Both the position numbers and the translations under genes were made by a program. From sequence record SRR20825006_1225: DNA of 20,000 nucleotides; one strand, 5' to 3'. The first letter of the stretch is position 1, and every line of letters starts with the position of its first letter. Shown here in pieces: positions 1 through 9,286 of this stretch. The notes under the pieces are model-generated. The model searched no databases. It had not been told where the DNA came from and worked only from the letters and a program-made list of their open reading frames with translations.

Positions 1-1632
1 TTTCTCTACGAATAAAGCGCCACCATTAGAAATGGATTTACTCCTCAAGTCTTTCATTAAGGTTTTGAAATTTTCTGATCCAGGTAAGTTATTCTGTTGA
101 TTTGCAGTAGCTGTTTGTTGTGCTGCTGCATGGGCTTGCTCTACAGAAGCACCTTGAGTTCTCGCCCCTAAAAATGTTTGGAAATAAGGTGTTAAATAAA
201 CTGCTTGATTAATGCGTGTTGCTACAGTGTTTGCCGCGTAAGAATCTCCCGCATCTTCTTGAGTTGTATACGCTCTTAAAAAGAAGTTAGGGTTTCTAAG
301 TTCTAGTTTAGCCGTCCAAATATTGAAATCGTCCAATACAAAACGATCATTAGCTGTATAAACAGTACTCCCAAAACCAGTATTATACTGTGCTAAAACT
401 TCATAATTATCGGTTAAACGATAATGCAAAGCAGCTCCTAATTTTAAACTTTCAGTAGTATTATCTACATAAGAGTTTTCAGAAAAACCTGGGGCAGAAA
501 AAGCGCCAGCTTGTCCATCTGGTATAAGCGATCTTAATGCCGCTACTTGAGCACCTTGAGCACCACCTCCAGCAATTACTCCGTCCGCAATTGATCCAAG
601 AGTAAATACATCATCACCGTAAATATTTACACCGTTATAAACACGAGCACCATTTCTTTCAGTTACTCCACGTTCAACAACTCCCCCTGTTAAAAAGCTT
701 TGATCTCTTGTATCTTGGCCTACAAAATCTTTAGCTCTTAGATAAGATGCGGTAATTTTAAACGCTATTTTATCATTGAATGAATCAGCATATCTCAAAT
801 CATATGATTGATATAGCTGAGGATCACTTTCAACAGCACTGTCAAAGTGATTCATTCCAAGCTTCGTATTAAATGAAAGTCCTTTATACTCGAAAGGGCT
901 CTTACTATTCATTAATAAAATACCATTTAACGCATTAGGACCGTAAAGTGCTGAAGCAGCACCAGGCATCATTTCAGCACTTTCCAAGTCTAGCTCAGAA
1001 ATACCCACAATGTTACCCACTGCAAAGTTAAGACCTGGTGCTTGATTATCGATTCCATCTATTAATTGTACAAATCGAGGATTACCGTTTGAACCAAACC
1101 CACGAGCGTTAACAGATTTAAACGTCATACTTTGAGTACTAAAGTCTACCCCTTTCAGGTTTGCAATGGCATCATAGAAAGAAGGTGACGCTGAAGACTG
1201 AATTTGAATTACATCCATTTTTTCAATAGAAACAGGAGATTTTAAAATACTCTGTTCAACTCTGGAAGCAGACACTACAAGCTCTTCTCCCAAAAATGTG
1301 CGCTCTTGCATTCTAACTTCTAAATCAGAAGTGTTAGAATCTGATATATCTACTTCTTCGGTTTGGAAGCCTACAATAGAAAAAACTAGGGTTAGTGGCG
1401 GATCTTGTTTTACTGAAAGTGAAAACATCCCATTGCCATCAGTGGTTGTACCAACCAATTTATCTTTAACGCGGACATTTACTCCCGCAAGTGGCTCTCC
1501 GTTAACGTCTAGTACCTGACCCGATACTTCAGTTACAGCTTCTGTAATATGTAAACCGTTATCGGCAACAGAAACATACGAAAATACGAGAACCATGCTA
1601 AATACAAGCATACATCGTATTAATTTACTCAT
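1..1632 (-). CDS. TonB-dependent receptor with N-terminal CarboxypepD_reg-like domain and plug; 3' part runs off the left edge
   Basis: Not in the ORF track. Hand translation from ATG at 1632: MSKLIRCMLVFSMVLVFSYVSVA (signal peptide), VSGQVLDVNGEPLAGVNVRVK..GTTTDGNGMFSL..LVFSIVGF (CarboxypepD_reg-like), ELVVSASRVEQ (TonB-box region), plug motifs VNARGF..QLIDG and GAASALYGPNALNGIL. The same frame reads ..GGALFVEK at base 1. Confidence 0.93.
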   Translation of the reverse strand, partial: MSKLIRCMLVFSMVLVFSYVSVADNGLHITEAVTEVSGQVLDVNGEPLAGVNVRVKDKLVGTTTDGNGMFSLSVKQDPPLTLVFSIVGFQTEEVDISDSNTSDLEVRMQERTFLGEELVVSASRVEQSILKSPVSIEKMDVIQIQSSASPSFYDAIANLKGVDFSTQSMTFKSVNARGFGSNGNPRFVQLIDGIDNQAPGLNFAVGNIVGISELDLESAEMMPGAASALYGPNALNGILLMNSKSPFEYKGLSFNTKLGMNHFDSAVESDPQLYQSYDLRYADSFNDKIAFKITASYLRAKDFVGQDTRDQSFLTGGVVERGVTERNGARVYNGVNIYGDDVFTLGSIADGVIAGGGAQGAQVAALRSLIPDGQAGAFSAPGFSENSYVDNTTESLKLGAALHYRLTDNYEVLAQYNTGFGSTVYTANDRFVLDDFNIWTAKLELRNPNFFLRAYTTQEDAGDSYAANTVATRINQAVYLTPYFQTFLGARTQGASVEQAHAAAQQTATANQQNNLPGSENFKTLMKDLRSKSISNGGALFVEK

Positions 1633-1733
1633 AACTAATCCAGATTTATTATTGTTGTAGTCTTATTTTAATCTTAAAGCGGACTCGATGTTTTTAAAAC
1701 CGCACATTAGCAAAGAAACGTTGGTTTCTCGGA

Positions 1734-1753
1734 TTATGCAAGCGCTTTCATAA
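1734..1753. promoter_or_regulatory. Putative LacI/GalR-family operator in the divergent intergenic region
   Basis: TTATGCAAGCGCTTTCATAA is a 20-bp palindrome with one mismatched pair and a central AAGCGCTT, matching the LacI/CcpA-type pattern TGnAAnCGnTTnCA. Confidence 0.7.
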
Positions 1754-1838
1754 ATAAAAAAGTAAAACTTACCTTCCATGTTAATAGTGATTTTATTCGT
1801 TACTATTATTTCTATTTTGGATTAACATAACTTATCAT

Positions 1839-2516
1839 ATGTACAAATTACTTTCTCTTTTAGTAATCTCTTTTTTTCTATTCCCCTCTTCAACTTACGC
1901 ACAACAGCAATTTAACTATTTAGCCCTAGGAGACTCCTATACAATTGGAGAATCCGTAGCCCCAAGCTTAAGATGGCCCGTACAATTAGTTGATTCGTTG
2001 AACACCTCAAATAAATCTCAATATAATCCACCTCAAATAATTGCGCGAACGGGCTGGACAACAAGCGAACTTCAAAAGGCCATTGAGGAAAGTACTATTT
2101 CGGAAACTTATGATTTAGTCTCTTTGTTGATAGGAGTCAATAACCAATACCGAGGTTATGACATTGAACTTTATAGAGTGGAGTTCAGAGCATTATTGGA
2201 GAAATCGATTTATTTTGCAGGAAATGATACCTCAAGAGTATTCGTGGTTTCTATTCCAAACTATGGTGTTACGCCATTTGGGATTAGAAAAGGGGAGGAA
2301 AAAATCCGAAAAGAGTTGCTAGAATATGACAAGATAGCGGAACAAATTTCCTCCGAATATGGTATCCCATTTGTTAATATCACACCAATCTCTGAAAGAG
2401 CTAAAACAGATTCTAGCTTAATAGCCAATGACCAACTTCATCCTTCGGGGAAAATGTATTCGGAATGGGTTCATAAAATTCTTCCAGTGGTTAAATTTCT
2501 ACTTTCAGAATACTAG
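1839..2516 (+). CDS. Secreted SGNH/GDSL-family hydrolase (esterase/lipase)
   Basis: Signal peptide ending TYA-Q; blocks I ALGDSYT, II ARTGWTT, III LLIGVNN, V DQLHPS. Confidence 0.92.
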   Translation: MYKLLSLLVISFFLFPSSTYAQQQFNYLALGDSYTIGESVAPSLRWPVQLVDSLNTSNKSQYNPPQIIARTGWTTSELQKAIEESTISETYDLVSLLIGVNNQYRGYDIELYRVEFRALLEKSIYFAGNDTSRVFVVSIPNYGVTPFGIRKGEEKIRKELLEYDKIAEQISSEYGIPFVNITPISERAKTDSSLIANDQLHPSGKMYSEWVHKILPVVKFLLSEY

Positions 2517-2570
2517 AATCCAAATTAGCCAGTTACTACTTCATAAGTTAATATTTTAACCAAACTAATT

Positions 2571-3251
2571 ATGTTAAAACGCTTTATACCAACACTATTT
2601 ATCTTTTTGTTATTTATTGGATGCTCAGCAAAAGCTCAAGTTGCAGACAATACAATATCCATTGATATGTCCAAATCTGTTCAGCTACCTGCCGATTTGA
2701 TTATCTTTAATATCAATCTAAATGCAGAAGGTTCAACTCCTAAAGAAGCGTTCAGCTTACACAAAAAAAGAGAACAACTTTTAGCGTCTCTCTTAAAAGA
2801 CCTACACATTGATGCCAAGGATATTAAATTCCAGCCAATACAAATTAGCAAACGTTACCGCAACGACGATAAAAACCTGTATTCCCAAACCTCACAACAA
2901 GTAAGCGTTACTTTTAGCGATTTCGGGATTTACGAGCAGATTCAACTCACTTTAATTGAAAATGGTTTTGATTCTTTTAACGGAAATTTTTCATCTACTA
3001 AGCTTGATGAAGGCAAAGACAACGCCCTTGAACTTGCCATAGAAGCTGCAAAGTCAAAAGCTCAATTCATTGCACAGAAGTCTGGTATTCAACTTGGTGC
3101 AATCAAAAACATTAATTATTCTGAATTTCAGGTTAGCCAAGGCTACCGAATGATGGAAGCAAAACTATCATCCGATTCAGAACTCATGGACTTCCCACAA
3201 ACAGTTACAGTTTCAGGTAACATTCACATTAGCTTTAATATCGAAAACTAG
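2571..3251 (+). CDS. SIMPL/DUF541 (YggE/BP26-like) exported protein
   Basis: Signal peptide; N-terminal TISI..VQLPAD, central ALELAIEAAKSKAQFIA..GIQLGAIKNI, C-terminal VTVSGNIHISF, as in SIMPL domains. Confidence 0.85.
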   Translation: MLKRFIPTLFIFLLFIGCSAKAQVADNTISIDMSKSVQLPADLIIFNINLNAEGSTPKEAFSLHKKREQLLASLLKDLHIDAKDIKFQPIQISKRYRNDDKNLYSQTSQQVSVTFSDFGIYEQIQLTLIENGFDSFNGNFSSTKLDEGKDNALELAIEAAKSKAQFIAQKSGIQLGAIKNINYSEFQVSQGYRMMEAKLSSDSELMDFPQTVTVSGNIHISFNIEN

Positions 3252-3862
3252 CTGTTTTTAATTACGGGATATAAATATTCCCAAACCGTTTCGGCAACTA
3301 AAGCATGTCCCTTAGCAGTCGGATGGATTCCATCCGACTGATTTAATTCTGTACTTCCTCCCACTTTTTCTAATAAAAAAGGAATGAGCAGTAATTCATT
3401 CTTTTTAGCTAATTCAGGAAATATACTAGCAAACTGCTGAGTATAATCGGTTCCTAAGTTCGGGGGAACTTGCATCCCCGCTACAACAATCTCAGCCTCA
3501 GGATATTTAGCCAGCACTTTATCAATAATCTTCTGAAGATTTTCTTTAGTGGTGGAAAGATCAATTCCACGTAAAGCATCGTTTCCACCAAGCTCAAGAA
3601 TCATCACATCAACCGTTCTTTGTAGCACCCAGTCAATTCGCCTAAGCCCACCTGCTGATGTTTCTCCGCTCAAACCAGCATTTATCACATTAAAATTGAG
3701 TCCTAACGAATCAATACGATCTTGTATTAAAGCAGGAAATGCTTGTTGAGGCTCTATTCCAAACCCTGCTGTAATGCTATCCCCAAAAATTAAAATATTC
3801 TTTTTTTCTTGGGCAGTTACAGATGTAGCTAGTAAAAGAAATAGTATGCAAAAATTCTTCAT
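3248..3862 (-). CDS. tesA: TesA-like arylesterase/acyl-CoA thioesterase I (SGNH)
   Basis: Signal peptide; FGDSITAG, NAGLSGETSAGGLRRIDW, LELGGND, DGIHP; divergent from a ybbA/ybbP-like ABC pair as in E. coli. Confidence 0.88.
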   Translation of the reverse strand: MKNFCILFLLLATSVTAQEKKNILIFGDSITAGFGIEPQQAFPALIQDRIDSLGLNFNVINAGLSGETSAGGLRRIDWVLQRTVDVMILELGGNDALRGIDLSTTKENLQKIIDKVLAKYPEAEIVVAGMQVPPNLGTDYTQQFASIFPELAKKNELLLIPFLLEKVGGSTELNQSDGIHPTAKGHALVAETVWEYLYPVIKNS

Positions 3863-4018
3863 TATTATTATTTAGAAGGATATGAGATTGAGTAATGTTC
3901 TAGTATAAATTTTTATGAACAAATTATATTTATCAACGTACTCAATGATTTTTTGGTGCGGAATGAATCGTACCTTTTAAATGGTTTACGAAGCAAGTTT
4001 AACAAATTGGATAATTAA

Positions 4019-4726
4019 GTGTCGGATATTCTTCAAGTCAGTAATTTAACACGTGAGTTTAAAAGTGGAAATAAAACACTCACTGTTGTAAATAACATTA
4101 ATTTCAGTATTCAAGAAAAAACAAGTTGTGCAATTGTTGGTCCATCGGGTAGTGGTAAAACAACTTTACTAGGACTCTGCGCCGGGCTAGACCGGCCTAG
4201 TTCAGGAAACGTGATTTTAAATGGCACAAACCTTTCTCCTCTAAATGAAGATGAACGTGCTGCTGTTAGAAATAAGCATGTTGGATTTGTCTTTCAAACT
4301 TTCCAATTAGTACCTACTCTAACTGCTCTTGAAAACGTAATGGTTCCTCTTGAGCTTCGTGGCGATGCTACTAGAAATGTGCGTATTAGGGCATTAGAAT
4401 TACTTAAAGAAGTAGGCTTAGAAGATCGGTCCCATCATTATCCCACCCAACTTTCAGGAGGAGAACAACAGCGTGTTGCTATTGCTAGAGCCTTTATTAA
4501 TGAGCCTAAAATCCTTTTTGCAGATGAGCCAACCGGAAACTTAGACTCCGAAACTGGAGCTCATATTGAGGAACTCATTTTCAATTTAAATACACAACTA
4601 GGTACTACGCTAATACTTGTTACTCACGACCTAGAATTAGCGAACAAATGTTCACGAATTATAAAGCTAAAGAATGGGCAGTTAGATTCTGATACATTGA
4701 AAAAAGACAATGAGGCTACTGTTTGA
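4019..4726 (+). CDS. ybbA: ABC transporter ATP-binding protein, YbbA/LolD-like
   Basis: GTG start; Walker A GPSGSGKT, signature LSGGEQQRV, Walker B/D-loop [12 protein letters not shown]-loop VTHD; synteny with tesA and a ~840-aa permease. Confidence 0.88.
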   Translation: MSDILQVSNLTREFKSGNKTLTVVNNINFSIQEKTSCAIVGPSGSGKTTLLGLCAGLDRPSSGNVILNGTNLSPLNEDERAAVRNKHVGFVFQTFQLVPTLTALENVMVPLELRGDATRNVRIRALELLKEVGLEDRSHHYPTQLSGGEQQRVAIARAFINEPKILFADEPTGNLDSETGAHIEELIFNLNTQLGTTLILVTHDLELANKCSRIIKLKNGQLDSDTLKKDNEATV

Positions 4727-7257
4727 TGAATAATTGGTGGATTTTTAAAATGGCTTGGAGAGATTCTAGGTCGAATAGAAAAAAATTATTTCTTTATATG
4801 GCAGCCATCATTGTTGGTGTGGCTGCACAAGTTGCTATTACTTCGTTCCGTGCAAACCTCAATGCTAGTATTAGTGATCAAGCAAAAGAGCTTTTAGGCG
4901 CCGATCTTGAAGTTGAACGAAACGATACCTTACAAACCGAAGTTCTTGCCTATTTAGATTCGGTAAGCGTAAATCAAGCCTCGGCCGTTTCGTTTACCTC
5001 AATGGCTCTTTTTCCTAAAAACGGTTATACACGATTATCTCAAATCACCGCGCTTGACGGCGACTTCCCATTCTACGGAGCATTTAAGACAAATCCTGTG
5101 GGTGCTGGAATGGAATTCCAGAAAACTAACTCCGCGCTCGTTGAAGAATCCATTTTAGTTCAATTTGATTTACAACCAGGTGATTCTATAAAAATCGGAT
5201 ATCTGACTTATCTAATTTCTGGAGCACTGCAAGAAGTTCCTGGTCAGCCCGTAGCTAGCACATTAATTGGCCCTAGAATCTTCATCCCCAAAGCCAATAT
5301 TGAAAAAACAGGGTTAGTAGAACGTGGAAGTCGAATTGAATACAAACACTACATTAAATATAAAGATGGAATTAAGCCTGAAATTGTTCGGGAAAAACTT
5401 GACCTACTAAATGATGAATTCGATTTCAGATTTGATGATGTAGCTGAACGAAAGGAAGAAGTTGGCCAAGCAATTAACTACCTCTCTGATTTTTTAAACC
5501 TAATTGGTTTCATTGCTCTTCTTTTGGGTGGTATTGGGGTATCTAGTTCTATTTTTGTTTATATCCGCCAAAAAATTAACACTGTTGCTGTTTTACGTTG
5601 TGTGGGTGTTTCTTCGAACCAAGCAATGGGAATCTATGTAATTCAAGCATTTTCAATGGGGCTCATTGGATCTGGTATTGGGGCTATCTTGGGAACCATT
5701 ATCCAACTCTATCTTCCTGTTTTAGTTCAAGATTTTATCCCCGTAGATATCTCGCTTTCCATTTCTTGGTTTTCAGTGCTTACTGGAATTATCACAGGTG
5801 TTTTAATCTCTGTGATATTCGCGATGTTCCCGTTATTAGCAGTTCGGAAAATATCTCCGCTATTTACGCTTCGTTCTTCTGATGTTAACCTCTTTGGCTT
5901 ATTAAGAAAAAGCACAAGAATACTTCTCATTGGATTAGTGGCGGTTTTCACTACTTCATACGCATGGTTGATGCTGAGCAATTTAATAGCAGCTATTTCT
6001 TTTACTTTAGGATTAGCATTCTGCCTGTTACTATTGCTTGGATTTTCTACCATCGTTACCAAACTTGCTCGCAAAATTATTCCACAAGGTTGGAGTTACG
6101 AATGGCGACAAGGAATGGCTAATTTGTATCGTCCTAATAATCAAACAACAACACTTTTACTAACCTTTGGGTTAGGCGTCACCCTGATAAGTTCTCTCTA
6201 CCTAACACAAGATATGCTTCTAGGAACTATCAATTTCGAAAGTGAGGACGATCTACCAAACCTAGCATTATTTGATATTCAGTACGACCAAAACCAAGGT
6301 CTTAATGACATTATCAGAGATAATGGCTTAGAGATTATTCAAAATGTTCCCATTGTTACAATGCGGGTTCAAAAAATTAACAGTAACGACGTTCAAGACA
6401 TACTAGCCGATACTAACCGGCAAGCCCGCCGTTGGGCCCTGACCAGAGAATATAGGTCAACCTACCGAGATTCTCTGGTCAATACAGAAACCTTGAACTC
6501 AGGAACATTCATTGGAATACATACAGATTTAGATAAAACCATTCCAATTTCTGTTGATATCGGATTAATGGAAGATTTGAATGTTGAACTAGGTGATACA
6601 TTAATTTGGGATGTTCAAGGCATTCCTCTTAAAAGCTATATTGCCAGTACAAGAACGATCAACTGGAGTACACCTCAACCAAACTTCTTTGTGGTATTCC
6701 CGTCCGGTATACTTGAAAGTGCTCCTCAGTTTTTTGCTACCACACTTAATACACCTGACAGAAGTGTCTCCTTAGACCTCCAAAGGCAAATTGTCATGGC
6801 ATATCCCAATGTTTCTGCAATTGATGTAGGCCAAATTTTAGAAACCGTTCGTGCTTTTATTGATAAAATCACTTTTGTTATTCAGTTCATTGGGCTATTC
6901 AGCATTATAACTGGATTGATAGTACTTGCTGGGTCCGCTGCTACAAGTAGATTTCAACGGATTAAAGAGGCTGTTTTACTCAGAACACTAGGCGCTTCCA
7001 AAAAACAAGTTATTAAGATTCAAATTATCGAATATGCTCTATTAGGTATTATGGCTGCACTAACCGGGCTGATTTTATCGGTCGGTGCAAGTTACCTAAT
7101 TGGCTACTTCTACTTTGATATCGACTTTGTACCTAACTTCATAATTCTCGGAACAGAAGTCGCTATACTTATAGCACTTGTTCTTACAATTGGCTTATTA
7201 AATACACGAGGAGTTCATAATAAACCACCGTTAGAGATATTAAGGTCTGAAGGATAA
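4726..7257 (+). CDS. ybbP: ABC transporter permease, YbbP-like (two FtsX/MacB-type halves)
   Basis: MAWRDSR start, LLGADL motif, two FtsX-type segments (VAVLRCVG; EAVLLRTLGAS), PNLALFDIQ, C-terminal PLEILR. ATG at 4726 overlaps the ATPase stop (TGATG), so it is preferred over TTG 4723. Confidence 0.88.
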   Translation: MNNWWIFKMAWRDSRSNRKKLFLYMAAIIVGVAAQVAITSFRANLNASISDQAKELLGADLEVERNDTLQTEVLAYLDSVSVNQASAVSFTSMALFPKNGYTRLSQITALDGDFPFYGAFKTNPVGAGMEFQKTNSALVEESILVQFDLQPGDSIKIGYLTYLISGALQEVPGQPVASTLIGPRIFIPKANIEKTGLVERGSRIEYKHYIKYKDGIKPEIVREKLDLLNDEFDFRFDDVAERKEEVGQAINYLSDFLNLIGFIALLLGGIGVSSSIFVYIRQKINTVAVLRCVGVSSNQAMGIYVIQAFSMGLIGSGIGAILGTIIQLYLPVLVQDFIPVDISLSISWFSVLTGIITGVLISVIFAMFPLLAVRKISPLFTLRSSDVNLFGLLRKSTRILLIGLVAVFTTSYAWLMLSNLIAAISFTLGLAFCLLLLLGFSTIVTKLARKIIPQGWSYEWRQGMANLYRPNNQTTTLLLTFGLGVTLISSLYLTQDMLLGTINFESEDDLPNLALFDIQYDQNQGLNDIIRDNGLEIIQNVPIVTMRVQKINSNDVQDILADTNRQARRWALTREYRSTYRDSLVNTETLNSGTFIGIHTDLDKTIPISVDIGLMEDLNVELGDTLIWDVQGIPLKSYIASTRTINWSTPQPNFFVVFPSGILESAPQFFATTLNTPDRSVSLDLQRQIVMAYPNVSAIDVGQILETVRAFIDKITFVIQFIGLFSIITGLIVLAGSAATSRFQRIKEAVLLRTLGASKKQVIKIQIIEYALLGIMAALTGLILSVGASYLIGYFYFDIDFVPNFIILGTEVAILIALVLTIGLLNTRGVHNKPPLEILRSEG

Positions 7258-7293
7258 TTTTAGTTATAACTTTATAACGATTTATTAATCTTT

Positions 7294-7322
7294 GGAACTT
7301 ATTCCTAATATATACTGTGTAA
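7294..7322 (+). promoter_or_regulatory. Possible ECF sigma (RpoE-like) promoter for the OmpA lipoprotein
   Basis: GGAACTT-N16-GTGTAA, compared with the RpoE-type pattern GGAACTT-N16-GTCWAA; ends 27 nt before the ATG at 7350. Confidence 0.35.
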
Positions 7323-7349
7323 AAAATAAACACTAACTAACAGAATTAA

Positions 7350-8024
7350 ATGAAAAAATCGATTTATACATTATCAATAGTGGCATTATTTGCTCTGCTA
7401 ATTTCTACAGGTTGCGATAGTATTAGCAAAACAGCCAAAGGCACAGCGATTGGAGCCGGAGCTGGTGCATTAGCAGGCGCAGTTATTGGTAAAATTGCTG
7501 GGAATACTACTACGGGAGCTATAGTTGGTGCCGCTGTAGGTGGTGCTTCTGGTGCTGCTATTGGCAATTACATGGACAGACAGTCTCGAGAACTTGAAAA
7601 TGATATTGAAGGCGCAAAAATAGAGCGTGTTGGCGAAGGTATTAAAATTACTTTTGACTCAGGAATCCTTTTTGATGTGAACTCATCTCAGCTTAAAGCT
7701 CCTTCAAAAGAAGAGATTGCAAAATTAGCTAAAATTCTTCAAAAGTACGAAGATACTAACGTAATGTTTGCTGGCTACACTGACAACACGGGTAGAGAAG
7801 AATACAACCAACAGCTCTCTGAGAAACGAGCAAAATCAGTTGCTGAGTACGCTTCTTTTGTTGGTGTAGATGCATCTAGAATGACAATTACAGGCTATGG
7901 TGAAAGTGATCCTGTTGCAGATAACTCAACGGTAGAAGGCCGATCACAAAATCGTCGTGTTGAGATAGCAATCTGGGCGAACGAAAAGCTTAAAAAAGCT
8001 GCCGAAAAAGGCGAAATAGAATAA
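7350..8024 (+). CDS. OmpA-family lipoprotein with glycine zipper (YiaD-like)
   Basis: Lipobox-like STGC; GxxxG zipper GTAIGAGAGALAGAVIG; YMDRQ..EL; OmpA_C motifs GYTDNTG..YNQQLSEKRAKSV and GRSQNRRVEI. Confidence 0.93.
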   Translation: MKKSIYTLSIVALFALLISTGCDSISKTAKGTAIGAGAGALAGAVIGKIAGNTTTGAIVGAAVGGASGAAIGNYMDRQSRELENDIEGAKIERVGEGIKITFDSGILFDVNSSQLKAPSKEEIAKLAKILQKYEDTNVMFAGYTDNTGREEYNQQLSEKRAKSVAEYASFVGVDASRMTITGYGESDPVADNSTVEGRSQNRRVEIAIWANEKLKKAAEKGEIE

Positions 8025-8041
8025 TACCCTTACTTTTTTTT

Positions 8042-8067
8042 AAAATCCCCGTTACGCGGGGATTTTT
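8042..8067 (+). terminator. Rho-independent terminator after the OmpA-family gene
   Basis: AAAATCCCCG-ttacg-CGGGGATTTT(T): 10-bp stem ending in a T run. Confidence 0.85.
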
Positions 8068-8112
8068 ATATATTCATTCCATTGTATTTCAAGCCGAACC
8101 AAATATAAACGA

Positions 8113-9213
8113 ATGAATCCCCTTTCTAAGCTTTCCAAACCAAGATTCTCGCCTACTCGATTTAAAAAAACAAGGTCCTCAAAAAAACCTGGTAGCGCAC
8201 CTGGAACCATTGCTCATGTTGGTAATAAAGTTCTTAATGATATTATTATTAATATCCATGACTACGACTTATCACATCTTACAGTAAAGAAGATTGATTC
8301 TATTGAAGAATGTAAACCTTTTGTAGATACAGAAGCTGTTACTTGGGTTCAGGTAATGGGATTACACGACACTGATACATTAAAAAAGCTTTATGACGAA
8401 TTTGAGTTTCACCCTCTAGTTCAGGAAGATATTGTAAACACGAACCAACGTCCTAAAATTGAAATTTATGGCGACCAGATGTTCATCGTGTTAAAGATGA
8501 TTAGAATTGAAAATAACAGAATTGAACACGAGCAAGTAAGCCTCCTATTAAGCAAGAATTTCGTCTTTTCATTCCAAGAGTCAGACAATCCATTCTTCGA
8601 TGCTATTAAAGTTCGTTTAGACATGGAACAAACTAGACTTCGTAGAGGTGGCACTGATTACACAGCCTATGCGCTAATGGATACCATCGTGGATTATTAC
8701 TTTACTGTACTTGAAGAGCTTAGTATTCAAATTGACGAAATTGAAGACGAATTAATGTTAGATGTTGAGCAAGAGCACCTTAAAAGCATTCACAATTTAC
8801 GTAGAGAGTTAATTCGAATTAGAAAATCTATATGGCCATTACGAGACAGCCTTAACTCTTTGTTGCGCGATGATTACCCTCTTATTAAAGACGAGACTAA
8901 GCTCTATATAAGAGATGTTTACGATCACCTTGTGCAAGCCATTGATAACGTTGATAATTTTAGAGAAATGGTTTCAAGTCTACACGACATGTATATGACT
9001 AATATTAGTAATAAGATGAACGAGGTAATGAAGGTCTTAACCATTATTGCTACCATCTTTATACCACTAACCTTTATTGCGGGGGTATATGGAATGAATT
9101 TTAATAATATGCCTGAACTAACTTGGGAGTGGAGCTATCCTATAGTTTGGTTAGTGATGTTAATCGTTACAGCATTAATGATTTACTATTTCCGAAAAAA
9201 GAAATGGTTCTAA
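8113..9213 (+). CDS. corA: Magnesium/cobalt transporter CorA
   Basis: KKPGSAPGT N-terminus, HPLVQEDI..QRPK, NEVMKVLT, two C-terminal TM helices with YGMNF and MPEL, ends FRKKKWF. Confidence 0.95.
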   Translation: MNPLSKLSKPRFSPTRFKKTRSSKKPGSAPGTIAHVGNKVLNDIIINIHDYDLSHLTVKKIDSIEECKPFVDTEAVTWVQVMGLHDTDTLKKLYDEFEFHPLVQEDIVNTNQRPKIEIYGDQMFIVLKMIRIENNRIEHEQVSLLLSKNFVFSFQESDNPFFDAIKVRLDMEQTRLRRGGTDYTAYALMDTIVDYYFTVLEELSIQIDEIEDELMLDVEQEHLKSIHNLRRELIRIRKSIWPLRDSLNSLLRDDYPLIKDETKLYIRDVYDHLVQAIDNVDNFREMVSSLHDMYMTNISNKMNEVMKVLTIIATIFIPLTFIAGVYGMNFNNMPELTWEWSYPIVWLVMLIVTALMIYYFRKKKWF

Positions 9214-9248
9214 AAAAAGAGCCATAAATCTTTCAAATTTATGGCTCT
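9212..9248 (-). terminator. Terminator between convergent corA and the FadL-like gene
   Basis: AGAGCCATAAAT-ctttcaa-ATTTATGGCTCT, 12-bp stem; the A7 run on its left gives a U tract on the minus strand. Confidence 0.8.
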
Positions 9249-9286
9249 AACTAACTACGGAGGTATTTGGGTATTTTCGGATAGAA

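Noticed and set aside
1298-1519. 73-aa plus-strand ORF
   Set aside because: Antisense shadow of the TonB-dependent receptor at 1-1632 (-).
1679-1729. Small hairpins (GCGG..CCGC; AGAAAC..GTTTCT) upstream of the first receptor as a possible riboswitch
   Set aside because: Stems are 4-6 bp and I could not find cobalamin or TPP riboswitch core motifs; an Rfam scan would settle it.
8113-8210. Basic N-terminal extension of CorA
   Set aside because: A basic lead-in to a KKxGxxPGT motif is normal in Thermotoga-type CorA proteins.
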